DNA from: Octopus sinensis
Taxonomy: Eukaryota
Direction: 5' to 3'
DNA: 64,000 nt
Assembly: GCF_006345805.1 (NCBI RefSeq)
Contig: NC_043013.1
Location: forward strand, 5,890,001 to 5,954,000
Positions 1 to 57,597 of the stretch are shown piece by piece; within the stretch, counting starts at the first letter, position 1, and each line of letters begins with the position of its first letter. The translations under genes were made by a program, and so were the position numbers. The notes under the pieces are model-generated. The model was not told the DNA's origin. It worked only from the letters and a program-made list of their open reading frames with translations, and made no database searches.

Positions 1-140
1 GATAGCTAACCAACGATGAGGGAAGATCAAAACTCACTGGAGTTCTTTGAGGACAGGCATGGTGGGATACGATCAATGCAGTTTAATGTGTTTAATTGTG
101 ATTTCAGTCATGGGAAAATGTTTAAAGAAGAAGGTATGAA

Positions 141-178
141 TTACAGTTTCAAAGGCATGCGGCTCCACAGATGAAGAT
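141..178 (-). CDS. Candidate JNK terminal coding exon (D)LHLWSRMPLKL*
   Basis: Pyrimidine-rich acceptor atttttgtctcag at 179-180; phase-1 entry gives 12 residues (including the junction Asp) then TAA at 141-143. No homology support. Confidence 0.25.
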
Positions 179-2529
179 CTGAGACAAAAATATTCCAAGT
201 AGAGAGCAAGACAGCATTGGTGGATTGTAGAATAGATCAAAATGTTTTGAAGTCGGTTTTATTTTTCACATTTTTACTGGTTTCAGTTGTTTGAGGCCAT
301 GTTGGAGCATCACCCTGAAAGGTTTGGCTAAACAAATCAACCCTAGTACTTATCTTTAGGTCTGGTATATGTTCCCTCAGTCCCTTTCGCTGAATTGCTG
401 GGTTATGGAGACATGGGAAAACCAACATCTGTTGCCACTTGGAAGTGAGGGACAAAGACACATATGTAGATAAAATGCACTCAGCACCCTCTGTAAAGTG
501 GTTGGCATTAGGAAGGGCATCCAGCCATAGAAAGCTTGCCAAAACAGACAGTTTGGAGCTTGGTGCAGCTCTCTGGCTTGCCAGCTCCTGTCAAACCATC
601 CAACCCATGCTAGCATGGAAAACAGACATTAAATGATGATGAAAGTACAGATTCTTACTCAGTAAGCAAGAAATGAAAAAAAATTCATTCTGTTTTCTTG
701 TGTCTCTGTACACTTCCAACTGCTCTAACACTGCAATTTCAAAAAAAGAGCCTTAACAATGACGGGTTGATTTAGGTCCGTCATGAACTCTAGAGCTCAG
801 AATGCTAGAGTTTACTTTGGTTTACATGGTGTATAAGTGACTGCGATTACATTACACCTACTGAATTGGAACACCAATCTATAACAGGGTTAACTTCCTA
901 GCTATTGCTGGAGCTCATTTACAGCCAAGTGGACTGTGGTGGATGAAGTGTTTTGCTTAAGAACGCAACACACTGCCTGGCATCGAAACCATGATCCTAC
1001 AACTGCAAGCGCAACATCCTAACTACTAAGCTATGCAGTGCCTGAAGGGTTGGAAACAAAGAAGTCACAGATTTAAAAGTTTGAAGCAATCTAGGGATCC
1101 CACCCACCTCTTATAAGAAAATTTTACTTAAGAGCACAACAGTATTTTGGCTGAGTGTATTGAGAATTATCACTCACAAACACAGACATGTTCAACACTT
1201 AAAAATGATCGTTTATTACTGCACATGGATGTATGTGTATTCATTCCACATTCACACATGCTAGATGTCTGAGAAAATTCAATTGCTATCTTTTCTTTTT
1301 TTATCCTTGTCTCCCATGTTTACACAATCACAGAGAGAAGATTGACTAAATTAGCAGAGTACAACAGCACTAAACTGATAAGCTGACTAGCTCCTGTGCT
1401 GGTGGCATGTAAAAAGCACCGTTCAAGTGTGACTGATGCCAGTGCTACCTGACTGGCTCCCATGCCAGTGACACGTAAAAAGCACCCAGTACACGCTTGG
1501 AGTGGTTGGCGTTAGGAAGGGCATCCAGCTGTAGAAACACTGCCAGATCAGATTTGGGGCCCGGTGCAGCCTCCTGGCTTGCCAGTCCTCACTCAAACCA
1601 TCCAACCCTTGTCAGCACGGAGAGTGGACATTAAAATGATTATTATTATTATCATTATTATTAGCAAAGCAACAAGCTGGCAAAATTGTTGGTGTATCAG
1701 ATAAAATGTTTAATGACATTTCTTCCAGCTAGTCACACTCTGAGTTCAAATATCAACAAGGACAGCTTTGCTTTTTGTTCTTTTGGGAGTTAATATTAAT
1801 GACCCCAGTACTTGACTGATACTTTATTATCTAACCCATTCCTCCAAATTTCAGTCCTCATGCTTATGTTACAAAACAGTTGTTGTTGCTGTTGTTATTA
1901 ATTAGCTTCTGTATTTTGGGTTCAAATCCTGCTCGGGTTGACAGTCATCCTTCTTCAATGCAGAAGTTGATTCAATTAAAAAATTAATTTCTTTTGTTTT
2001 GATTTGTATATGCTGTAGAATGTCTAGCAATAAGAAGGGTACCCAACTGTAGATGCTGCACCAAAAATGAAATGCGTTGAGTGAGAAACAGTTCCCTGAT
2101 CAATCTAGGAGGGCAGTTGCTCTGAATAAGTACTAACTTTAACAATAACAACTCATCTGACCAATTCTATATAGTTTGGAAAGTAAACATAAAATGATGA
2201 TAATTTTTTTTTTTGCACCATTGGACCACACTGAATTCGTTGCTAGTGAGAGGTATCAACCCATTCAGATTATGGTAGAGAGATTATGGATTGTAAAAGA
2301 AAAGGAATGAAGTCAAATACTTTCAAAGATGCTTGTTTTGTTGAATTGTCTTAAACCAAACAAACAAACACAGAACAGATGTAAGATACAATGGATGAGG
2401 GTGGATGGATGTAGTATCTCAGCATGTACATCCCACCTTTATAACCAAATACACACTCAAACAATTTCTTAGTGCATACATGAAAAGGTACTAAATATGG
2501 AGAATGCAGGGGAGAGGAGAGAGAGAGAG

Positions 2530-4515
2530 GAGGAGAGCACATTACTAATGTGGAGCCAACAGAGGCCCCAGCTATTGTAGTTAACAGCAGTATAAATAAA
2601 ACAATTAAGAATATGAAGAGAGGGAAAGCCCCAGGCCCATCAGGAATTACTGCTGAGATGCTTAAAATATCTGATGGTGTGGGATATGGCCTAGTCACCT
2701 GTATAATTAATCAGTTTGTCCAGGAAGGCATCATATTCAATGACTGGTGCAACAGCGTTATAGTCAACTGTTACAAGGGTAAAGGAGAGGCCTTAGAGAG
2801 AAGTAATTACAGGTGTATCAGTTTACTGGAAAAGGTCATGAAAGTTATAACTAATTATGAAGTTAGCCTAGATAAGATGCAGTTTGGTTGTGTACCTCTG
2901 ATGCTCTCTTCATAGTAAGGCAACTGCAGGGGAAGTATTTAGCCAAAAATGAAGCACTGTGTTTAGGATTTGTTGACAAGGAGAAAGCCTTTCACAAGGT
3001 CCCTTGGTTATTCATCCGGTGGTCATTGCAGAAGATTGGGATAGATGAATGGCTGGTGAGAGCCGTATGAATGATGTACAGAGGTGTTGCCAGTAGGGTG
3101 AGAGTTAGTAATGAGTGTAGCAACGAATTCAATATGCAGGTAGGAGTTCACCACGGCTTGGTTTTCAGTCCCCTCTTATTTATCATAGTCTTCCAGATCA
3201 TAACAGGAGAGTAAGACTGGTTGCTCATGGGAGCTTTTCTACACTGATGACCTTGTTCTTATAGTGGATTCTGTAGTAGAATTAGAAAAGGAATGCCAGG
3301 TGTGGAAGTAAAACCTGGAATTAACCGGAGCTTAAAATTAACTTAGCAAAGACCAAAGTTCTAGTTAGCAAGAAAACAGACAAACTACTAACCCCTTCAG
3401 GAAAATGGCCCTGCTTGATATGTAGGTAGAAATTCTACATGGTGTACCAAAACTAAATTATGGACACTTAAGAGGTGTAGTGGAATCACAGGAAGATTAA
3501 TAGAAACGATGGACTTTGTAAAAGGCTGATTGTATGATGCTTGTGTATAAACAGCAATGCTACATGATGGTGAAATGAGGGCTGTGAAGATAGAGGACAT
3601 GTGAAGGCATGAAAGAAACAAAGCTAGCATGCTGGGTGTGCTGCGTTAGTGTGCATGTACGACAAAGTATAAATGTGTTGAGAGAAAAATTGTGTATAAG
3701 AGTCATCAGATGTAGTGTGCAAGAGAGATGACAGCACAGGTATGGTCATCAGACGCGAATGGATGAGGACAGCTACATAAGGAAGTGCCAGTTACTAAAT
3801 GTGGATTGGATAGAACATATAGAAAAGGGAGACCCAGGAAAATGTGAGACAGACAGAATGTTAAGCCTTACAGAGGAGATGACAAAGGCGTGAGATGATT
3901 GGCAAATTGCTGTGTTTGAAAAGACATGTTCATCTAAGCAGAAATGTGGCCCTAAAGGAATGTTGCTTATTTATGCCTATACCTCTGTACACAATCAGTC
4001 TGTGACGAATCTCTGCTCAACAACGCAGCTATCTAACCCTCACTCCATTTGTGTTCACCATTCACTGCATCCATCTCATCTCTATCACTCACTCTCCTTT
4101 CGCACACTCGCAAACTTACCGTATTCAATCTCCCATTCCCTTCACTTGTAGTCATTCCCCTGTACCTTGAGCTCCAACACATCTTCCCTGCCACCTCTTG
4201 TCCTCTCCCGTTCAAGTGGGGCAGCCATGCCTCTCCCCTGCAGCTAAACATCTGTTTCTGTCCTTCTATCACACTCTAACCTCTCTTCAACTGGCATAAA
4301 GCCACCTCTCGCATAATTCCTCCTCTCAGTTGAAGGTTGGGGGGAGGGGTGTCTTTGTCTAGCAAATTACTTGGTGATCTTGCTGGTGCCACAGAAAAAG
4401 CACACGATACACTCTGTAAAGTGACATTACAACTTGATGCAGTCCTCTGGCTTGCCAACTCCTGTCAAAACCACCCAACTCATGCCAGCATGGAAAATGG
4501 ATATTAAATGGTGTT
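2530..4515 (+). mobile_element. 5'-truncated, decayed RTE-clade LINE (RT domain + 3'UTR)
   Basis: Frameshifted RT peptides GKAPGPSGITAEMLK, NYRCISLL, FVDKEKAF and YTDDL (3240-3254); ends in ...gcatggaaaatggatattaaatg, the tail shared with many short copies. Confidence 0.85.
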
Positions 4516-4997
4516 GATATATATACACACACACATGATATGTTTATATCAAAAGGAAAACAGACAGAAGTTATCTAAAATCATTTTCTTGAGAATATTG
4601 AACATGATTTCAGCCAACACAACATCATAGCTATTGTTACTGTGTGTGTGTGTAGGCATTTTCAAGGTAGGCAATAAGTTATAACATCCATGCCTTCCAA
4701 AAAGCAATGAGTAATTTAAGAAAAATAAGTGACTTCATCTGAGAAATGAAACCATATTGTTGACTAAGTTCATCAAGGAACTAATTCCATTGGTGTACAA
4801 GGCTATTGACAACTAATCCTACTCTGCCCCGCCCTCTCTTAACTGCCATCATATTACAGCGAAATTCTTTACAGATCTAAAATAGCACCAAGTTATGGTA
4901 GTGGTTTTCCAATTTTTGCAAAATAATACAATAATAATACAACATAAAAGGAACTTCCAGAAAAAAGTAAAGAGTGTCAATATACCTTTTAGCTTAC

Positions 4998-48686
<43,689 letters not shown>

Positions 48687-49805
48687 TTAACAAAAATCAA
48701 AAACCCACAACAATAACAGACAAACAAATAATATACAGTATATAAATTGTGACCAGAAGCTTTCGATCCTGAACAAGTAAATAACATAGTTAAATCTAGG
48801 TATAATGAACCCTGAGCGAGGATCTAAAAATAATTTGTTATATCAGTTCATTTGGTGGAGAACTGAAAACTCTTATCTAATGACACTTATAATGTCTGAT
48901 GCCTCTCTCTCTCTCTCTCTCTCTTTTTCTCTCTCTTACTATGATGGAAACATTTGTGACTGCTATCAACCAAATGTCATGACTGGCATTAACATTGTAT
49001 TAACTTTAAAACTCATTTGGCCATTATCTAGTGTAAACAGGGAATACAATGACATAATTACAAAAATCAAGATGTAGGTAGAATTTTCACAAGACAAAGG
49101 AGTTATATATATCATCATCATCATCATCGTTTAATGTCCGCCTTCCATGCTAGCATGGGTGGGACAGTTTGACAAGAGCCAGCCATGCAGAAGCCTACAC
49201 CAGACTTCTGTAACTGCTTTGGCAAGATTTTTACAGCTGGATGCCCTTCCAAACACCACCACTCAGTAGAGTGGACTTAGTGTTTCTTACATGGCACAAG
49301 CACGGGTGAGGTTAGTTTTGGCAAAGTTTTTACAGCTGGATGCCCTTTCATACGCCAAGCACTTTTACAGTGTGGACTGGGGGCTTTTAAGTGACTTGCA
49401 CTCACAGGGCCACCAAGTACTTGCAAGACAAAAATAAAAAAAAACTTGGGGGGGGGGATTGGAAAAGATGGAAGGCTATAGTGAGACAGAAACAGGAGTC
49501 TTGCTGTATATATATACATACATACATACATATATATATGTTGTTGATGTCATAAGAATTTTATAAACTTTTGAGATAACAGGAAATAATTCTTTTTTGG
49601 AATGGTTCTTGAAGTTCACAAAGTGACAGATAATAGCATGCAAATATTAATGGTTGTTTTTAATGTTAAGCTAGATATAAAAAACAATTTAACATGAAAC
49701 AGAAGAATTACTCAATGCTTTTTAGTAGCGTACATGGTTATTAAACTTTTATAAGAAGGGTGGCAGTGACTTCAAAGTTCCAGCCTGCCAACCTTCATCA
49801 GACTT

Positions 49806-49840
<35 letters not shown>

Positions 49841-49969
49841 CTCAGTTTGTCCTATCTGAAGAAATGGCTGTATGTTGCAGCAACTAGAGCCTAACGGGCT
49901 TAAATAACCTCTACCTTTGTACTGAGAATACTCCTTAGGATTATTACCCAACAAATATGTGTCGTGTAT

Positions 49970-50445
49970 ATATGAGGTATGTTCAAAAAGCATCTGACTT
50001 TATTTTTTCTTGCAGAAACTAATGTTGTGTGGGCAAAACCCTTTGGGTGAGAGGTGCCACCCTTCTTGTGCATGTATGAACATTTTTGCACTGGTAGGTT
50101 GCATCAGGTCCTGGTTGTTATGTCTAGACTACCGACATGTAGTGTGTGCTTGTCAGATTTTTGTTTTCATGCAAGATGACCAAACGCATCAAGCAGAGGC
50201 CATGAACCCAGGTCTCATCACCAGTGACGATGCTCTTCACGAAGTCTAGGTTGTGGTTTGCACAGTCCAGCATGTCCCGAGTGATTTCCATGTGGAGTTG
50301 TTTCTGCTGCTCTGCCAGCATCTTGGGGATGAATTTCACGGACACCCTGCACATGCATGAATTCTCCATTAAAATGTAACGGACTGATCCTGTGCGTATT
50401 CCTACTTCATGAGTAATTTCTTAGATTGTTACATGATGGTCTTTT
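49970..50445 (-). mobile_element. Mariner transposase relic with one terminal repeat
   Basis: ORF SVKFIPKMLAEQQKQLHMEITRDMLDCANHNLDFVKSIVTGDETWV carries the first catalytic Asp motif; TIR-like tatgaggtatgttcaaaaagcatctgac at ~49971. Confidence 0.8.
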
Positions 50446-52467
50446 GTCATTGTCGTTTAACGTCTGCTTTCCATGCTGGCATGGGTTGGACAGTTTGACC
50501 GAGGGCTGGTGAGCCAGAAGGCTGCATGAGGCTCCAATTTGATCTGGCAAAGTTTCTATAGCTGGATGCCCTTCCTAATGCCAACCACTCCAAGAGTGTA
50601 GTGAGTGCTTTTATGTGCCACTGGCACGAGGGCCAGTCAGCCAGTACTGGCATTGGCCATACCCAAATGGTGCATTCTATGTGCCACCTACACAAGAGCC
50701 AGTCCGGCGGTACTGGCAATGACCACGCCTGAATGGTGCATTTTATGTGCCACCGGCATGGGAGACAGTCAGCGACCCTAGCAATGATCAAACTCGAATG
50801 GTGATTTTAACGTTCCACTAGCACGGGTGCCAATCAGGTGGTACTGTCATTGGCCACAACAGTGATTTCACTTGCCTCAACAGGTTTTCGCAAGTGTAGT
50901 TTATTGTCCAATGATTGAAGGGTACTCTTAAATGGGCTGGTTTATACAGCACTGGCATAGGCCACCATTAATTTCACTGTTCACTATTTTCCCTATTATT
51001 ACTATTGTTATTATCATTGTTGTTGTAACTGACATTATATGTTTTGTGTGATGTGCAGCCCAGAAAGCATTCTTTTTGTTCTTTGCACCCCATCACAGTC
51101 CTCTCATGCTCTCTTTCTCTCTTCATTTTCCTTCCACGCCATTCTCCTCCTAGATTAACCCTATTGTCATTATTTACAAACTGGTGTATATAAAAGCCTC
51201 TATCTTTCTTTGTGCCACATTTTCACCAAGTAATGAATGTGACTGTCAGCATTTGTTCACATAACTAGGTTTTATGCTCAACAAACTGATGTCTACCAAT
51301 CTCGCAAATCATCACCATCATCATCATCATCATCATCGACTACGTTTTCTGTGTTTCTTTTTGACATTGAAAGCCACATGCTCACCACTACAAATCTATT
51401 GAGTTCAAATGATGCATGCAGATAGCTGCTTGTGCAACACTATGGAAGACAATAACACAAATTTCCACAGTGGTAATTAGTCATTATTTATTCAAAATTC
51501 AATTACAACTTTTAAGTTCAGCAAGCTGGCCAAATTAATTAACTTGATGTAATGTTAGAACATTTAATTACCGCTTCACTGTTGACTAAATTCTTATCAT
51601 GATGGTTTGAGAGAATGTGAGAGTGTATTGTCTCATACTAACAGCATGTTACTTATTGCTCCTTAAAAATCATCTCATTTACTTCTCATACTCTGGCATG
51701 ATACTGAACACCAATGACTTAGAGGTTTCGGTCAGTTTATGTTCACTTTCCCAAGCTTGCATTGTTCGGAAGGAGTTTATCAAGGCTGATTTTTCTACAG
51801 CTGAATGCCCTTCCTGCCACCAACCCATACCTGTTTCCAAGCAAGGGAATATTCCCCAATGATCAGACAATGTTTTTGCAGAATATTGGAATAACAACCA
51901 TGTGATGTCAAAGCAGAGAGACACATACACACATAAATATATACACATACACACAAATATATATATATATATACATACACACACATACAGATACACACAT
52001 ACATATATATATATATATATACATATACATACACAAAAATATATTCTTTCTTTTTATCATTTAATAGCCACCCCCACTACCATTCTGCTATTGAACATTG
52101 ATATGTTAACGTCTTTTTTCTGGATATTTACACTATCCGGACTTTAACCTACATGGATTTATGCAGGATTGCACCTAAGGACTTATTTCTACAAGATCGG
52201 AAAGTTGAACTGAGAACTTTTATGCTTCTTTTTTCTCCTCTTTCTTCATCTCCTTATTCCTTTACTCCTGTACTCTATGTTGTCATTACGTTTCTCATTT
52301 TCCCTATTTGTTCTGATGATGGAATATCCCATACTCTGAGATATCCCAGAAACAGCTGTAAGACTTTGAAACTTTTTTCCAATAATAATACTGTATATGA
52401 CTTGAGATGTTTGCCTTGCCTTAATGTTTGTTGTCCTCTTTAACAATTATATATATATACATATATA

Positions 52468-52770
52468 TCACCGTGACTGACCAGGCTGTCAGATGTTGCT
52501 ACACATCGCTGGTCACAATGCGCTTCGCATTGTTTTAGCCTTCAAATGACGCCACCCCGCTAGCTAAGTGAGCAAGCCAACAGAAGAAAGGGTGAGAGAA
52601 AGTTGTGGTGAAAGAGTACAGCAGGGATCGCCAATACCCACTGCCGGAGCCTCGTGGAGCTTTAGGTGTTTTCGTTCAATAAACATTCACAATGCCCGGT
52701 CTAGGAATCGAAACCGCGATCCTACGACTGCGAGTCTGCTGCCCTAACCACTGGGCCATTGTGCCTCCAC
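52468..52770 (-). mobile_element. tRNA-derived SINE (family 4, tail type III)
   Basis: Same head and body as 7562 and 46861 with a third unrelated tail; between (TA)n and (CA)n tracts. Confidence 0.8.
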
Positions 52771-53489
52771 ACACACACACACACACACACAAATATATAC
52801 ACTCAAACAAGCTTCTTGTAGCTTCCACCAAACAAATCTACTCACAAGGCTTTGGTTAGCCTGAGACTGTAGTAGAAGACACTTTGTCCAACATGCCACA
52901 CAGTACAATTGAACCCAAAACCAATTGGTTGAGAAGCAAACTTCTGAGCCTCACAGCCACACCTGTACCTATTTGAAATCATTTTGTAGAATTATAGTTT
53001 GAGAAATCTCTGAGATCCTTATCATGTTCTCTTTGTTTTATTTTTTTCTTCTTAATCTCCATATATTTGTAGTTTATATCTCCTCATCTAAACCTAAACC
53101 CAAACCCAGTTTCAGAACCTGCTGATTGTGAGTCAGCTTTCCCACTTCACATTGGTTGCTTTCTTCCAGCCCAACAATCAAGAAGGAATGGTTTCTATTT
53201 CTAAGTTGAAAGCATTCTTCTCTTTCAGCAGTCTAGTTCATTATATCTAGTTTCAAACAGTGTCATAAATCTCCCCAAATACAACCAGTAGCTACAAAAG
53301 AGAGTAATACAATAGTGACAATGGCACTGTTGTCATCATTCGCTTCTTATGTTCTTAGAAACACTACCAGTCCGGATCCATCATCTGCATTCCCTTATAC
53401 TCATCTTCTTGTGTCTTGACAGTATGCTCTGACTTGCTCATCACTACTATCTTTACTTTCTTTCCAGCTACTCCCACCAACCCATAAAT

Positions 53490-53846
53490 ATGGCTGTGTG
53501 GTAAGTAGCTTGCTTACCAACCACATGGTCCTGGATTCAGTCCCACTGCGTAGCATCTTGGGCAAGTGTCTTCTACTATAGCCTCAGGCCGACCAAAGCC
53601 TTGTGAGTGGATTTGGTAGATGGAAACTGAAAGAAACCCGTTGTATATAAATATGTGTGTGTGTCTGCGTTTGTCCCCCACCATTGCTTGACAACCGATG
53701 CTGGTGTGTTTACGTCCTCATAACTTAGTGGTTTGGCAAAAGAGCCTGCTAGAATAAGTACTAGGCTTACAAAGAATAAGTCCTGAGGTTGATTTGTTTG
53801 ACTAAAGGCGGTGCTCCAGCATGGCCGCAGTCAAATAACTGAAACA

Positions 53847-53850
<4 letters not shown>
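53490..53850 (+). mobile_element. Family-2 SINE (tail X)
   Basis: Near-consensus head, core and tail followed by (TA)n. Confidence 0.85.
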
Positions 53851-53889
<39 letters not shown>

Positions 53890-54912
53890 AATATCTCAGG
53901 GTAACCCTGTATTTCCTCTATAACAAGACACCTGTGCTTGTCTAACTATCATACTTTAGCCTTTCAACACCTGGGTAATGCCACCTAACCCTCTTTCAAA
54001 TATACCTCCACTCAGTTGAGGGGCCCCTTTCTCTTCTTGCTCTGAAAGTTACTCAGTGACCTCTCTGGTGTCATGAAAAAGGCACCCAATATATTCTGCA
54101 AAAGGGTTGGCAGTAGAAAAGGCATCCAGCCACAGATACCATGCCAAAACTGATACAGAGCTTGATGCACTCCTGCAAACAGTCAACCCTCCCATTCCAT
54201 GCCAGCATTGAAAATGGATGTTAAATGATAAGGATGATGATTATCAACATTACAATACTCACTTGATCATTTTTATTGATTGAAATGTAGGGTTTTTTTT
54301 TTTGTCTTTTGTGAAGTTAGGCTTACTGGTCACACCACTCCTAATGCATTTAAAAGAGTAGAATCCCTATTACTTGTCTATGTGCAACCCTGCTGTTTTA
54401 CAAAATGCTTTACCACTTTTTCTGTCATTAGAGAGTCATTTAAATAGTGATTGAATATTGTTTTGCGAGCAGCGTCTCATTAACACAGCAATAGTTGCAA
54501 CAACATAAAATTAAAACACCAAAAAAAGAAACAAACAAACAAAAAAAAAAGAAAAGTTCAAGACTGATACAAATAAATATAATTAAATGAAAAAAGAACT
54601 TTTGAGAAAAATATAAAAAAATTACTTTAAAACATTAATGAATAGAAATTCAATTGTGACTCCTAAAAACAAATAACAATAATAATAATGAGGATGAGGC
54701 TGAGGATAATAATAATAATAACTAATGGCTAATAAAAGCCAATTGAATTATTGAAATCTTCATTAACACATATATTTATAGCTGTCAGTTCCTCAGCAAT
54801 TATAGAAGCGGCCATGTTGGCTCATGTACTACAGTACAATGTGAGAGATTCAGTAATTAACTCAAGACATTACAAGCATGACTATATAATTTGGATCCCA
54901 GAAATAGACTAC

Positions 54913-54957
<45 letters not shown>

Positions 54958-55364
54958 GTAGTTTATTTGTAACAGTGGAAAACCTACAGAACTGCAGTTC
55001 ATGTGATCTGTAAAAGGTGCTGAGAGCAATGCATATACATACATACAAAGATGGTTGTGTATATGAGAGATATTTAGCCAGGAAATTCTGAAAAGCCTAA
55101 TTTGTTATGGTTTAAGTAGGAGAAGCAGAATGTTATGAGAGTGTATTATACTTCTTTCGGAAGTGCTAGGATGTATCCTCTTAGAACATGAGAATAGAAG
55201 CATATAAAGTAAAAAACTGGTGAGTGCCTGGTATTTTTGTTGGTTCTGTAGAGAAAACCATGTTTGAAGTCTATTCTAGCAATTCTGGGAAAACAAGGGT
55301 GTTTGAAACAAAAACTGCTTGAAGCAGTGGACCATAATGTACTGTTTATCTTTTTTAACTTATT

Positions 55365-55720
55365 TGTTTTAGTCATTAGACTGGCCATGCTGGGGCATCA
55401 CCTCGAACAATTTTAGTTGAGTGAATTGACACCAGTACTTATAACTTTTTAGCAAAGCCTGATACTTATTTTATTGGTCTCTTTTGCCAAACCGCTAAGT
55501 TACAAGCATGTAAACACACCAACACTGGTTGTCAAGTGGTGCTGGGGGACAAACACACAGGACAGGCTTCTTTCAGTTTCTGTTAACCAAATCCACTCAC
55601 ATGGCTTTGGTCAGCCCGAGGCTGTAGTAGAAGATGCCCTAAGTGTCATACAGTGAGACTGAACCCAGAACCATGTAGTTGGGAAGCAAACTTCTTTGGC
55701 ACACAGCCATGCCTGTGCAG
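55365..55720 (-). mobile_element. Family-2 SINE (tail X)
   Basis: Reverse-complement copy. Confidence 0.78.
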
Positions 55721-56589
55721 AGAAATTTTAAACTTTAATTGTTCCATGATAAATGTGGGAGTGACACTGTTAGTTTTCTTGATATAAATATCATATATAT
55801 GTCTTCTTGTCAATAAATTATCTGTCCTTCTCCACCCACACTCATTGGACAATATAACAAAGGTCAACATTAATGAAACAATTCATGCCTGACAGGAGCT
55901 GCTGGTATCAGCAATGCACTAAATGTTTGATTCAAAAGAAGAAGGTGGACTGTGAAATCTGTTAAGGAATGATATAGCTTGTGGTGAATAATATAAGGTT
56001 AATGACCACTCACTGCAAGGCACAGGGGTCCTTAATATAGATTAAAGGTACAAGAGAAAGTCGAATTTTCTCTTACTAATGAACCCCTTGCAGTAATAAT
56101 TTTTATAGCGACTAAATATTGTTGGTTAATGTCAGTGTGCCAGAGTTTCCAGGTTTTGAAAACTGCCTTAATCAGTGAAGCTGCGTATCTTACATAATGA
56201 GTGTGTGTGAGAGGCGGGGAGGAGGAATGGTATGCTTCCATTATGGTTTGGCTTGTTTCATATAATTTCTTTGGTCATTGTTCTGAGCAACAGAATAAAT
56301 TTTGACAACTGGGAAGTTTGAGGAAGAAATAAAGTTTCAGTAAATATGGAAGTACAGTAGCTAACTAATAGTGTTTGATTAAGGGTAAAGGTAAATGCAC
56401 AAATGTTGATTTTGGTACTGGAGTCAAGTAGAAAGTCAAGGGTTGGTTTAGGGAGTATGTTAAAAAAGGAGTCAGCGACACAAATGCAAGAAGATATTTG
56501 TGTATGAAGTGGGGGATCATGGAAGTATTAGGAACATTGAAATAATTAAGATTATCTTGAAGAGTAAATATTTTCATTAATAACCTCTA

Positions 56590-56960
56590 AGCAAGGTGAC
56601 ATGTTAGGTAGGCTTAGAAGAATCTCGGGAGTAATGTTACGTGGTGGGGTGCATAGCTCAGAGATCAAGGAGCTTCTCCATGTCAAGCCACTGCCTCTCT
56701 GTATTGAGAGGTCACAGCTCTGGCACTATGGACATGTGAATAGAATGTCGCAGTAAAGAATAGCATGATGGATTCTTCAAGCTGAGCCAACTGGCAGGAG
56801 ACCAACAGATACACCAAAAACAAGATAGCTGGATAATAGCGATAGCCTCAAGTTGGTCATACTTGGGAATCCAACCGGAAAGTGTAATGATGGTTGCTTC
56901 TGACAGCATCCTATGGAGGAGGTACACGAGGACCATACCCCGTGATTCTCTCAGAAACAG
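56590..56960 (+). mobile_element. Decayed RTE/BovB-like RT C-terminal fragment
   Basis: Translates as LRRISGVMLRGGVHSSEIKELL...IERSQLWHYGHVNRM...GRRP, with stops. Confidence 0.6.
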
Positions 56961-57463
56961 TGACTGAAAATGGATGGTGAGAGCAGATAATTTTAAAGAA
57001 AGAGACTGTCAACTAGTCCCGTATGGTTTGATGTATATCAGGAGTAATGGACTAAACGGATTCCCAACCAAGATATCGCCACAACTGTTAATGTAGAATA
57101 TATGGCTGGGGTAGTTGTGGTGAGGTGGTAAAGCAGGATGAGTGTTTCTTTTAAATAAACATATAGGGAGTGGATTGGTTGCAGGAGATGGTTTACACTG
57201 AGTCAAAAGTTAATATGAATGCTGTGTGAATGTGTGTGTGTGTGTGTGTTTACACATAATATGTATGTCTGAAATGAATGAAATAGTCAATTGGTTTGGT
57301 TATATTATTTATAGTGGTGATGGAAGTGATGGTGGTTTAGTCATTGAAAAATGAGGCGAACCCCGCAAAAACAAAGAGGTTTGTAAACTTGATACAATCT
57401 CTAGATGGAATTGTGTTCCTCCTGATCTTTGACTAATTGAGGGGGTGGAGTCCAGTTACTTAC

Positions 57464-57597
57464 AATGTTGAAGGATTTTATTCTAATAATAGAAAAAGTT
57501 TGGAGCTTTGTCAAGTGGCAGGCTATCACTGGGATCTTTTTCCAATTACATCATTTTGGTGACTACTCTTGTGAACATATAGTCCAGCTGTTATAGG
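57464..57597 (-). other. Candidate non-coding 5'UTR exon of JNK (134 nt)
   Basis: Acceptor ttcttgactttcag and donor ATT|gtaagt around unique sequence; stops in all three frames. Confidence 0.4.

Noticed and set aside
54808-54818. YY1-like AACATGGCCGC motif and short ORF MAASIIAEELTA on the minus strand
   Set aside because: A single short motif with no good downstream donor and no homology; not enough to call a promoter or exon.
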